A DNA stretch of 53,787 bases from a virus (Duplodnaviria; Caudoviricetes). The stretch covers positions 1-53,787 of IMG/VR virus record IMGVR_UViG_3300042465_006905; one strand, written 5' to 3'. Shown one piece after another: positions 39,145 through 48,097 of this stretch. Positions within the stretch are counted from its first letter, which is position 1, and every line of letters begins with the position of its first letter. The notes under the pieces were generated by a model. The model had not been told where the DNA came from and did not search any database. It worked only from the letters and a program-made list of their open reading frames with translations. The position numbers were made by a program, and so were the translations under genes.

Positions 39145-39968
39145 AACCAACTCTACCCTTCCTTGAAACAATGGCCACACAGGTATGTAACCTTAGTTGT
39201 AGTGGGTGTACCAACTACAGCGATTTACCACATCAGGGCTATGTTAGATGGACGGACATGGAACAAGATTTGACTGCTTGGTTGCAGGTAATGGATATTG
39301 CTGATTTTGGTATTATGGGCGGAGAACCATTGATCAATCCTGAGATACGCGAATGGTTGTATGGCGTAAGAGGTTTGATGCCACAAAGTCAAATACGATT
39401 TACTACCAATGGTTTGTTATTGAATCGACATTTTGATGTGCTGGATATAGCTCATGAAGTTGGTAATACGGTATTTAAAATTACAGTACATACTCCGGGG
39501 TCAGAAATTGAATCAGTAATACAACAGATATTTGACAAGTACAATTGGGAACCAGTCATTGAACATGGAATACAACGCTGGCGCACCACAAACAATTTGC
39601 GTTTTCAGATCAATCGCCCCGTTCAGTTTGTGAAAAGTTACAAAGGTGTGTATAATAACATGAGACCGTATGACTCTATTCCTGCAGAGAGTTTTGGTGC
39701 TTGCATTCAACAAACATGCCCATTGTTGTACAAAGGTAGAATTTACAAGTGTAGCACACAGGGACTATTGAAAGAAACATTGGCAAAAGTGGGAGATCCC
39801 AATTTAACAGAGTGGAAACCCTACTTGGTAGATGGTATTGGAGTAGATGACATTGATGATATTGATCATTTCGTGTCGAATTTTGGTAAGCCTGCGGCAG
39901 TGTGTCGTATGTGCCCAAGCAAACATAATCTAGACGCATTTATTATACACAAGGCAGAATTAAAATGA
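39141..39968 (+). CDS. radical SAM protein (short type, C-terminal Cys residues)
   Basis: CNLSCSGC near the N-terminus, MGGEPLINP, TTNGLLL, and C-terminal C...C...YKC...C.MCP. Confidence 0.9.
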   Translation: MKPTLPFLETMATQVCNLSCSGCTNYSDLPHQGYVRWTDMEQDLTAWLQVMDIADFGIMGGEPLINPEIREWLYGVRGLMPQSQIRFTTNGLLLNRHFDVLDIAHEVGNTVFKITVHTPGSEIESVIQQIFDKYNWEPVIEHGIQRWRTTNNLRFQINRPVQFVKSYKGVYNNMRPYDSIPAESFGACIQQTCPLLYKGRIYKCSTQGLLKETLAKVGDPNLTEWKPYLVDGIGVDDIDDIDHFVSNFGKPAAVCRMCPSKHNLDAFIIHKAELK

Positions 39969-42490
39969 CAGACAAACTAGACAACTATTACGAAAACTAC
40001 AACTACGGTGCCCGTACGCCTGTATATATGAAACAAGAAGAAATGCGTCCCGAACAATGGGACCGGTTGATCAAAACCAACAACTTCTGCATGATCCCGT
40101 GGATCCACATGCATGCCTTTCCGGATGGTCGTGCATATCCTTGTTGCCTAGGCGATCCAGACCACAGTGTGGGCAATCTTAAAACGCACACCATGAAAGA
40201 GATTTGGAATCAAGACCCTCTTAAACAGATGCGATTGAATATGCTGGAAGACAAGTCTTGTAAGGAGTGTACCAAGTGCATTGAGCAAGAGCGCAGTGAA
40301 CTGTTTAGTATGCGTAACAGTAGCAACAAGAACTTTGGACACCTGATCAATCTAGTAGATGAAACCAATTCAGATGGCAGCCTCAACGACTTTAAACTAC
40401 GCTACTATGATGTGCGTTTTAGCAACATCTGTAACTTTAGTTGCCGTAGTTGCGGTAGCCTGTTTAGTAGCAGTTGGCATCGTGACGAAAAGGCAGCTGG
40501 GTGGAATCCACAGCATCCACAGATCATGTTTGCCGGCAAAACCAAAGATGACATGTGGAATCAAATGCAAGAGCATATTCCACATCTGGAACAGATCTAT
40601 TGGGCAGGCGGTGAACCACTAATCATGGAAGAACACTATCGTGTACTGCGTGAACTAGTTGATCGCAAAATGTTTCATGTGCGACTAATCTACAATACCA
40701 ACTTCAGCGAAATGAAATTCAAAGGCCAGGATGTAATGGAACTTTGGAAACTGTTTGACTGTGTTAGTGTTGGAGCCAGTTTAGATGCCAGTTACCACCG
40801 TGGAGAGTATATGCGTAAAGGACAAGACTGGAAGCAAACAGTTGAAAACCGCGAGCGTATGCTTAAAGTATGTCCCAATGTAGACTTCTATGTCAGTTCG
40901 ACTGTTAGTCTAATGAATGTTATACACATTCCGGACTTTCATCAAGAATGGGTTGATCTAGGCCTACTGCGCCCAATGGATTGGAACATCAATATGTTGC
41001 AACATCCATTGCGTTATCGTGTAGACGCCCTGCCACCCAACTTGAAACGCCAAGCTCGTGATCGCATTGAAGAACATCTCGAATGGCTTGAACCCCTAGA
41101 CACCTTGACTCGTGCAACATCAGGTTACAAGGGTGTGTTAAACTTTATGGAACACAATGATAGTACAGCATACTTGCCTGACTTCTTTAAGGTCAACGAC
41201 TTGATTGATCGAGTGCGTAGCGAAAGTTTCTTTGAAACTTTTCCAGAGTTGATGGAAATGAAAAACTACAAGTTACCACAGACCATGTGTATGCTTCCTT
41301 GGGTCAGCATTGAAACTAGTCCGGTTGGTAGTGCCCGTCCTTGCTGTTTGGCCACAGACGAAGTCACAGACGAGTCAGGCAACAAGTATGACATGAATAA
41401 ACATACTGTGACTGAAATATACAACAGCAAGTACATGCAGGACCTGCGTCGAACATTCCGCGAAGGCAACAAACCTGCTACTTGTACTCGTTGTTGGGAA
41501 GAAGAAGATGCAGGCCGTACCAGCAAGCGTATGCACACACTAACAAGATTTAAAGAACGATATGCAGAAGTAGATTGGGAAAATGACAAACCTAATCAAC
41601 TTTGGTTCTTGGATTTAAAACTGGGTAACATCTGCAACTTGAAATGTCGTATCTGCGGCTCCTGGTCAAGCAGTAAATGGGTTCCGGAAGAAATGGACTA
41701 TATTAAGAGCCGTGGTGGTGATCCTAAAAAGCATATTGCCTACACCTGGCTCAAACAAGGCAACTGGCCTCGTAACGAAAACAGTCCGCGTTTTTGGGAA
41801 GACTTAAAAACAATCCTTCCACAGGTCAAATACTTTGAATTCACCGGAGGCGAACCTTTTATGATTCAAGAACATTTTAACCTGTTGAAGTTTGCTGTAG
41901 ATAACGGATATGCAGACAATATCGAAATACACTACAATACCAATGGTACTCACTTTCCAGAAGAGTTTATTGATACATGGAAAAAGTTTCGCAAGGTAGA
42001 AATTGCATTTAGTATTGACAATACCGGTGAACGCTTTGAGTTTGAACGCTCAGGTGCCAATTGGACTGAAGTAGAAGCAAACATCCAACGCTTCCATGCC
42101 ATGAAAAGGGATTGGCCTAAACTACGCACACAAGTCTGCATGACCATCAATGTACAAAATGTGTTATACTTGGAAGATCTGTGCAAGTGGGTAATACTGC
42201 AAAACTTTGATTACGATTACTTCAATATGATGCATGATCCCAAACACATGAATATTGGCTCAATGACAGAAGAAGCAAAAGCACTAGTAATTGACCGTTT
42301 AACCACCGGGGACTTTATCCCTCGCCACCGCAAAGAAATAGATCGTATTATTCAATTTATTAAAAACGGAACAACATTAGACAATGCACAGTTCTTAAAA
42401 GAGATGCAACGCACCGATGCTTATCGTGGTGAGAATTTTGCAGAAACACACACTGATATTGCTCGTGCAATGGGCTATGACAAAACCTGA
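39965..42490 (+). CDS. tandem double radical SAM/twitch protein
   Basis: Two full units: CMIPW..PCC..CKEC.KC / CNFSCRSC / AGGEP, and CMLPW..PCC..C.RCW / CNLKCRIC / TGGEP. Confidence 0.9.
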   Translation: MTDKLDNYYENYNYGARTPVYMKQEEMRPEQWDRLIKTNNFCMIPWIHMHAFPDGRAYPCCLGDPDHSVGNLKTHTMKEIWNQDPLKQMRLNMLEDKSCKECTKCIEQERSELFSMRNSSNKNFGHLINLVDETNSDGSLNDFKLRYYDVRFSNICNFSCRSCGSLFSSSWHRDEKAAGWNPQHPQIMFAGKTKDDMWNQMQEHIPHLEQIYWAGGEPLIMEEHYRVLRELVDRKMFHVRLIYNTNFSEMKFKGQDVMELWKLFDCVSVGASLDASYHRGEYMRKGQDWKQTVENRERMLKVCPNVDFYVSSTVSLMNVIHIPDFHQEWVDLGLLRPMDWNINMLQHPLRYRVDALPPNLKRQARDRIEEHLEWLEPLDTLTRATSGYKGVLNFMEHNDSTAYLPDFFKVNDLIDRVRSESFFETFPELMEMKNYKLPQTMCMLPWVSIETSPVGSARPCCLATDEVTDESGNKYDMNKHTVTEIYNSKYMQDLRRTFREGNKPATCTRCWEEEDAGRTSKRMHTLTRFKERYAEVDWENDKPNQLWFLDLKLGNICNLKCRICGSWSSSKWVPEEMDYIKSRGGDPKKHIAYTWLKQGNWPRNENSPRFWEDLKTILPQVKYFEFTGGEPFMIQEHFNLLKFAVDNGYADNIEIHYNTNGTHFPEEFIDTWKKFRKVEIAFSIDNTGERFEFERSGANWTEVEANIQRFHAMKRDWPKLRTQVCMTINVQNVLYLEDLCKWVILQNFDYDYFNMMHDPKHMNIGSMTEEAKALVIDRLTTGDFIPRHRKEIDRIIQFIKNGTTLDNAQFLKEMQRTDAYRGENFAETHTDIARAMGYDKT

Positions 42491-43775
42491 TACATTATGC
42501 ATGGCGCCGTGGACGCACACATATCTAAGCCCGCAAACTGAGCGTAGAATGTGTTGTGCGTCACGAGAACCCGCACAAAACTTTCAGCAATATATTGACA
42601 CTGCCGCTGGTACTGGTAAGTATATCCCTATAACTTTAGAAGAACATTGGAATAGTGATCATATGCGGAGTGTGCGACAGCGCATGATGGCCGGAGAAAC
42701 GTTATCCGAATGCGAAGTATGCAATGATCAACTGTTGAATACCAGTGTTTACCGTAGTTATTTTAATCAGTTGTTTGAACATAAGTACAATGAGGCGATG
42801 GCGAATACTACCGAGGACGGCAGTACAACCATGCTTCCGGTATCGTGGGACTACAGGTTTAGCAACCTGTGCAACTTCAAATGCCGTATGTGTGGAGACA
42901 TGTTAAGCAGTGCTTGGGAAACCGAGCAACGGCAACACGGCATGATCGATTGGGCCAATCCGAAGAATAATTGGATGCGGCCTGAAATTAAGAAAGACAT
43001 AGAAGGTTTTCAGCAACGACAGATAGAATGGGAATTTGAAAAAGCTGTCGAGGAACACCGTGTTGAAGAAGTATATTGGGTTGGTGGCGAGCCACTCATG
43101 TACGAGCAACATTGGAGATACATGACCCGTATAATAGAATTAGGAGATGGTCACAATGTTTACGCTCGTTACAACACCAACTTATCTAGAGTTGATTACA
43201 AAGGTATCAATCTGTATCGCGATATTCTCAGCAGGGTTCGTGATTGGCAGATATGTGCAAGCCTTGATGGCACGGAACAGATTGGCGAGTACATTAGAAC
43301 TGGTCTTGTCTATTCTCAGTGGCTTGAAAATTTCAGTAAGGCAATTGAGATCCGACGTAACAGTCGTCAAGTCAGAATTGACTTCACGCTCACTTTGCCC
43401 GGAATGTTCGAAGTTACACGCATTGAACAACTTGCACAAGAATTTGGAGTCGAAGTCCTTGCCAAAGTAATTTTTAGTTTTAGCCCGGACATAGTTATGA
43501 GCCCGTTAGCACTACCCAGAGAAATTTTACATCCTTGGGTAGACGAAACTATTAACCAGATGCAACATTCTGGCGCTCTACGGGACATACTTGTCCAGCT
43601 AAAAACTAGACCTACTTTTGCGGAGCAGTGGCCTGATGAATATCAGGCAGCCATTGCACGGGGTAAAGCTCGCGTGTTAAAATTAGAACAGATTAGAACA
43701 CAAAGTGTAACAATGACAGATATACTGGGTGCCCGTCCCGATGTACTCAAATGGTGGATGCAAATTGAAAGTTGA
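42477..43775 (+). CDS. radical SAM protein with N-terminal twitch-like Cys module
   Basis: CMAPW...MCC...ECEVC / CNFKCRMC / VGGEP; ATG 42477 (MTKPDTLC) is preferred over 42417. Confidence 0.9.
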   Translation: MTKPDTLCMAPWTHTYLSPQTERRMCCASREPAQNFQQYIDTAAGTGKYIPITLEEHWNSDHMRSVRQRMMAGETLSECEVCNDQLLNTSVYRSYFNQLFEHKYNEAMANTTEDGSTTMLPVSWDYRFSNLCNFKCRMCGDMLSSAWETEQRQHGMIDWANPKNNWMRPEIKKDIEGFQQRQIEWEFEKAVEEHRVEEVYWVGGEPLMYEQHWRYMTRIIELGDGHNVYARYNTNLSRVDYKGINLYRDILSRVRDWQICASLDGTEQIGEYIRTGLVYSQWLENFSKAIEIRRNSRQVRIDFTLTLPGMFEVTRIEQLAQEFGVEVLAKVIFSFSPDIVMSPLALPREILHPWVDETINQMQHSGALRDILVQLKTRPTFAEQWPDEYQAAIARGKARVLKLEQIRTQSVTMTDILGARPDVLKWWMQIES

Positions 43776-44847
43776 AGTAGTATTAAGAAACCCGTTAGAC
43801 AAAACAGATAAGATTAATTATACAATCGATGTCTACAACACACCAATGGGCTATCGTTGGCACAGAGCATTGCAAGACATACTACAGAAAAATCAGTATC
43901 TTGAAAAGAACTTTTGCTTCTTGGGTTTCCCCGACAGTCCGCGTAATCTAGATTACATCTGCCAGGAACTTACTTGGGCTAAAAATCAAATTAACACTTT
44001 CTTCAATAACCGATATTGTATCGAAGAAAACTTTACTGTGGATACACTACGTACAGGGCTTGAACCTAACCAAGCGATAATGAATCAACTACACAATCAC
44101 TTTGAACATTTGCAGGGCACTGTTTGGAGACTAAGCGATTGGTACAAACACGCAGACTACGATACTAAATTTGCTATTAGGCAATTAAACAATCTTTGTC
44201 ACGAAGCAGAAAGCCTAATGCTAAGTCAGCGTAAGCAAGCACAAGACTCACAGTGGATTCGCCCCAGCCAAATTACCACATTCTTAAACGCAGAAAGATT
44301 GGACTTTCCCTACAACTATAAAACAACATTTGATGAAACAAGATATGACAGACGCTTTGGCGAAGTTTACTTACACTGGACACAGATAGGTAAAACACTT
44401 TACGAAGTCTATAGAGACGAGGCAGGTGCAGACATAGACAAGACGGTGTGTGATGCTATTACACATCTGCGTTATTACAGTGGTGAGTTTGATATTGAGT
44501 GGGCACAAGATGTTGTGTTCAACGGACCACATCCTTGGCACACAACAGAAATGTCTGGCTTCCGCGAATGGTTGGTTCGTAATCGATTTAAATTAGAAGA
44601 TGTAGAATACAACTACGGGTATCATCCTGTGGGACAAGTTGAATTGGAAAAAAGTTTTGGTACCAACGACTATGCAAAAATTTGGCCCATATTATCTAAG
44701 TATCTTGACATTTACAGTATAACAGCAGGCGAACTTCGATCTGGACCAATCACAGCAGTTTATGACTATGCTTGGACTGATGAAGATTATCAACAACAAC
44801 AAATAGCGAGGTTAAAGCCAGGATATGATTATAGCAGCCGGAGATAG
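43729..44847 (+). CDS. hypothetical protein of the modification cluster
   Basis: Long ORF overlapping both neighbours, with NQLHNHFE and LNNLCHEAE His motifs. The start is uncertain (TTG 43765 is plausible). Confidence 0.65.
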   Translation: MPVPMYSNGGCKLKVEVVLRNPLDKTDKINYTIDVYNTPMGYRWHRALQDILQKNQYLEKNFCFLGFPDSPRNLDYICQELTWAKNQINTFFNNRYCIEENFTVDTLRTGLEPNQAIMNQLHNHFEHLQGTVWRLSDWYKHADYDTKFAIRQLNNLCHEAESLMLSQRKQAQDSQWIRPSQITTFLNAERLDFPYNYKTTFDETRYDRRFGEVYLHWTQIGKTLYEVYRDEAGADIDKTVCDAITHLRYYSGEFDIEWAQDVVFNGPHPWHTTEMSGFREWLVRNRFKLEDVEYNYGYHPVGQVELEKSFGTNDYAKIWPILSKYLDIYSITAGELRSGPITAVYDYAWTDEDYQQQQIARLKPGYDYSSRR

Positions 44848-45592
44848 TTTTGTTTATGGCAGTGAGTTAGAAAGTCCTAATAACACATTTACCGCCCTAC
44901 TGGGTGCAGAAGAATGCGTAGCATGGCCTGGGTACGGAAATGATGCAATTGCCCGTACCACAATTGAGCGTTGCGAACAAGGTGGAGTCAGTGGTGTAGT
45001 GGTAAGTTGGACATTCCCCGGACGCTACGAATTTAGATTTGCGTACGAAACCCTACAAAAACATAGTCCTTGGTATTGTATCAATGCATGGACCATCAAG
45101 CAAGATGTAGAAGAAATTGAACAAGAGTTTGTTACTAAAGATAATGTTATATTGAATCATCAAATTGCCACTATTAACAGGGCGAAAAGAACAGGAGTTG
45201 CAGATTTTGCAGAAGTATTTTATCGACACGTTGGTAGCACAGAGTATTGGGAAATATACAGTAGTCTAAAAGAAATTGTTTATTTGCAAAATTATTTAAA
45301 ATTAAAATCAATACCTTTTATGTTTACCTGTGCTGATACCATACTGTTTTACCACGCAACTAAACGAGATAGTGTACTTGATAGTTTGTTTAATCAAATT
45401 GATTTTGATCATTGGTTTTTCTTTCCTGGCGGAAACGAATGGGAAACCACAGACCCAAGAGGTTTTTACCAGTGGGCTGTGGAGAATAAATACAAAGTAG
45501 GAACTACGCATCCACTTGAAGATGCACATAAAGATGCCGCCCAATTAATGCAGGGAAAATTCAATGAAATGGTTAAAAAATCTATACTATAG
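44825..45592 (+). CDS. SGNH/GDSL-like hydrolase or acyltransferase
   Basis: N-terminal AAGDSFVYG (block I Ser), PG.GN (block II), WT...R.E, and C-terminal THP...AH. Confidence 0.65.
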   Translation: MIIAAGDSFVYGSELESPNNTFTALLGAEECVAWPGYGNDAIARTTIERCEQGGVSGVVVSWTFPGRYEFRFAYETLQKHSPWYCINAWTIKQDVEEIEQEFVTKDNVILNHQIATINRAKRTGVADFAEVFYRHVGSTEYWEIYSSLKEIVYLQNYLKLKSIPFMFTCADTILFYHATKRDSVLDSLFNQIDFDHWFFFPGGNEWETTDPRGFYQWAVENKYKVGTTHPLEDAHKDAAQLMQGKFNEMVKKSIL

Positions 45593-45665
45593 AATTGTAC
45601 TAGAAATACGGTACCGTAAGAAACTTAAAGAGTTACGCAAAAGAGATCCGTTTATTTACAAATGA
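45564..45665 (+). CDS. 33-aa basic peptide ending DPFIYK (not in ORF track)
   Basis: Hand translation: MKWLKNLYYRIVLEIRYRKKLKELRKRDPFIYK*. It bridges the gap between the two SGNH genes, and its stop overlaps the next start (ATGA). Confidence 0.75.
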   Translation: MKWLKNLYYRIVLEIRYRKKLKELRKRDPFIYK

Positions 45666-46309
45666 ACATATTGGCTGTTGGGTGTAGTTTTACGCACGGA
45701 TCAGAATTAACTAACCCAAAAATATCAGCATGGCCATACTTGTTGGGACAAAAAAATAACTGGAAAGTAAACAATCAAGGCATAGGTGGCGGAAGCAACG
45801 ACCGTAGTGTTCGTGTTTGTTTTGAAGAAGTGCCAAATAAGTATGATTTGATCATAGTGGCCTGGACAATACACGAACGAATTGAAGTTCCATCTGACTC
45901 GGGATTACTAAATGTAACGCTGGGCTATGCTGAGAAACATAATTTATCTTGGGCCACAGAATATTTTACCAAACATTACGATAGATTGTACAGCTACCAA
46001 CGCTGGCTGAGACAGGTAATTATGTTACAAAGTTATTTTAAACAGAATAATCAACGATACTTATTTTTAAGTACATTTGGTATTTGGTCTGATTTAAGAG
46101 AAGCACATTACGACGAGTATATGTTAAAATTGCAGTATTTGGTAGACCAAGTTGACAGTGCATGTTACATAGATTGGCCAAAATGGGGAATGGTGGACTG
46201 GCAAGGTGATTGCCCTAGAGGACCAGGAGGTCATCCATTGGAATTGGGGCATCAAAGAATAGCAGAAAGAATCAATGAACATATTAGGCATCTCGGCTGG
46301 CTTTCATGA
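45662..46309 (+). CDS. SGNH/GDSL-like hydrolase or acyltransferase, paralogue of 44825
   Basis: AVGCSFTHG, GG.SN, AWT..ER.E, and C-terminal GHPLELGH. Confidence 0.65.
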   Translation: MNILAVGCSFTHGSELTNPKISAWPYLLGQKNNWKVNNQGIGGGSNDRSVRVCFEEVPNKYDLIIVAWTIHERIEVPSDSGLLNVTLGYAEKHNLSWATEYFTKHYDRLYSYQRWLRQVIMLQSYFKQNNQRYLFLSTFGIWSDLREAHYDEYMLKLQYLVDQVDSACYIDWPKWGMVDWQGDCPRGPGGHPLELGHQRIAERINEHIRHLGWLS

Positions 46310-47765
46310 TGCGGCCGCCACAGTAATTGATCGCCATGGCGAGATACTATTTGCTGGCCATAGCGAGCGTTATAGTAAACGTAAGAATGATGAAAACTTC
46401 TGTGCACCATTGATCAAAGAATTGGAAAACTATAACCCAATCGATACAGTGGCATATTATGAACGCCCTTTAATGAAACAGTTGCGCCAATTGTACAGTG
46501 GTCAAGGGATTGAGTGGAATCGACTCAGTGTGAAGAAAAACATACACGATCAGATAGGTCATGCCAATTGGCAGGATGTCAAACACTACAAGAATTACAA
46601 TCATCATTTGAGTCATGCGGCAGCAGGGTTTCAAACCAGCCCATTTGATAGAGCCACTGTGGTGGTGATTGACGCAATAGGTGAATGGGATACCATAAGT
46701 ATATGGGGGGCTGAATATGATAAGAAAACTGGTCGAGCGAATTATACGAAGTTGTGGAGACAGAGTTACCCGCATAGCATCGGACTCTTTTATTCTGGAG
46801 CGACTGGCCGCGTTGGCCTACGCCCACTAGACGAAGAATACATCTTAATGGGCATGGCAGCCTATGGTGACCGTAGACATGCTGTGCCCATGCAGGATCG
46901 ATTGATAGCACACGAATACGACATACGATTCAAAGAAAATCTACATATAGGATTAAACGAAGATTTTATGCCTGGTACCAGTGATATGGATATTGCGGCT
47001 GGAGCACAGGAACTAGCAGAACAACTTATACTAAATGTCATGACTCGTGCAAAACGATTTGCTTGGAGTGACAATTTGGTTTACATGGGAGGTGTGGCCC
47101 TTAACTGCGCCGCTAACTCTAGAATAGGAAACTACTTTGAAAAAATTTGGATTATGCCTTGCCCTGGCGATAGCGGCAGTAGCCTTGGTGCCGCAGGCCT
47201 TGTTTGGGGCCGCCGTATTAATTGGAACAACGCTTTTCTGGGCCACCTTATTCCTGGGCCTTATCCTGTTAATGGTGCCTTGGATGCTCTTCTCACTGAT
47301 CGTATTGTGGGTGTGGCGAGCGGTCGTGCCGAGTTCGGCCCGCGAGCGTTGGGCAACAGAAGTCTCCTCGCAGACCCCCGCGGAAAGGAAATAAAGGATC
47401 AAGTAAATGAGATTAAACGCAGACAAAAGTTCAGACCCTTTGCGCCTGTTATTTTGGAGGAGTTGGCTGATACTTACTTTGATATGCCTAGGGGCTGGGA
47501 TCGCAGTAGGTATATGCAAACAATCGCTCGCTGTAGGTTACCTGACTTATTTCCTGCTATCATTCATCATGATGGCACTAGTCGTGTACAAACTGTGCCA
47601 CGAGACGGATCGGGAATACGAGAACTTCTTGAGAAATGGTATGTGATGACCGACTGCCCCATGTTGTTGAATACCAGTCTAAATATCAGGGGCGAACCAA
47701 TGGTCAACGATCGTGCAGATGCTGACCGTTTTGAACAACTGTACGGAGTACAAGTAGTATCATGA
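46275..47765 (+). CDS. carbamoyltransferase, NodU/CmcH/TobZ family
   Basis: ILGISAGFHDAAA, ERYSKRKND, HHLSHAA, GGVALNC.AN, P.PGD.G..LGAA, EFGPRALGNRSLLADP, FRPFAP, HHDGTSRVQTV, LLNTSLN.RGEP.V. Confidence 0.95.
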   Translation: MNILGISAGFHDAAATVIDRHGEILFAGHSERYSKRKNDENFCAPLIKELENYNPIDTVAYYERPLMKQLRQLYSGQGIEWNRLSVKKNIHDQIGHANWQDVKHYKNYNHHLSHAAAGFQTSPFDRATVVVIDAIGEWDTISIWGAEYDKKTGRANYTKLWRQSYPHSIGLFYSGATGRVGLRPLDEEYILMGMAAYGDRRHAVPMQDRLIAHEYDIRFKENLHIGLNEDFMPGTSDMDIAAGAQELAEQLILNVMTRAKRFAWSDNLVYMGGVALNCAANSRIGNYFEKIWIMPCPGDSGSSLGAAGLVWGRRINWNNAFLGHLIPGPYPVNGALDALLTDRIVGVASGRAEFGPRALGNRSLLADPRGKEIKDQVNEIKRRQKFRPFAPVILEELADTYFDMPRGWDRSRYMQTIARCRLPDLFPAIIHHDGTSRVQTVPRDGSGIRELLEKWYVMTDCPMLLNTSLNIRGEPMVNDRADADRFEQLYGVQVVS

Positions 47766-47938
47766 CAGAAACACACACAAGAACACTAGCAAGAACAATC
47801 GCATATAGAATTATTGCATTGCTTATAACTGCCATATGGACCGGGCTAGGTGATGCCGTGGCAATTCATATTGTATTGGCCACGGTACAATATGTTATGG
47901 AACGAGCCTGGCTCAAAATTAAATGGGGTAAACTATGA
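47762..47938 (+). CDS. 58-aa small membrane protein, DUF2061-like (not in ORF track)
   Basis: Hand translation: MTETHTRTLARTIAYRIIALLITAIWTGLGDAVAIHIVLATVQYVMERAWLKIKWGKL*. It shows the ET..R......YR...ER.W.KI.WG pattern and ATGA overlaps on both sides. Confidence 0.75.
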   Translation: MTETHTRTLARTIAYRIIALLITAIWTGLGDAVAIHIVLATVQYVMERAWLKIKWGKL

Positions 47939-48096
47939 CCGAAAAGAAAACAAACTTTGTGGAAGCTATCAAAGCCGCACAGGCAAATAAATCCAAAGTA
48001 CCATTAACCAAAGCACAACAGGTGCAACAGGTTAAATTTAAAAATCAAGTATCAAGTAACAAGCCAACTAAACGAACAGTGGGAAGGGGTGGATAA
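47935..48096 (+). CDS. 53-aa basic hypothetical protein ending GRGG (not in ORF track)
   Basis: Hand translation: MTEKKTNFVEAIKAAQANKSKVPLTKAQQVQQVKFKNQVSSNKPTKRTVGRGG*. It fills the gap exactly, ending 1 nt before the next ATG. Confidence 0.65.
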   Translation: MTEKKTNFVEAIKAAQANKSKVPLTKAQQVQQVKFKNQVSSNKPTKRTVGRGG

Positions 48097-48097
48097 A

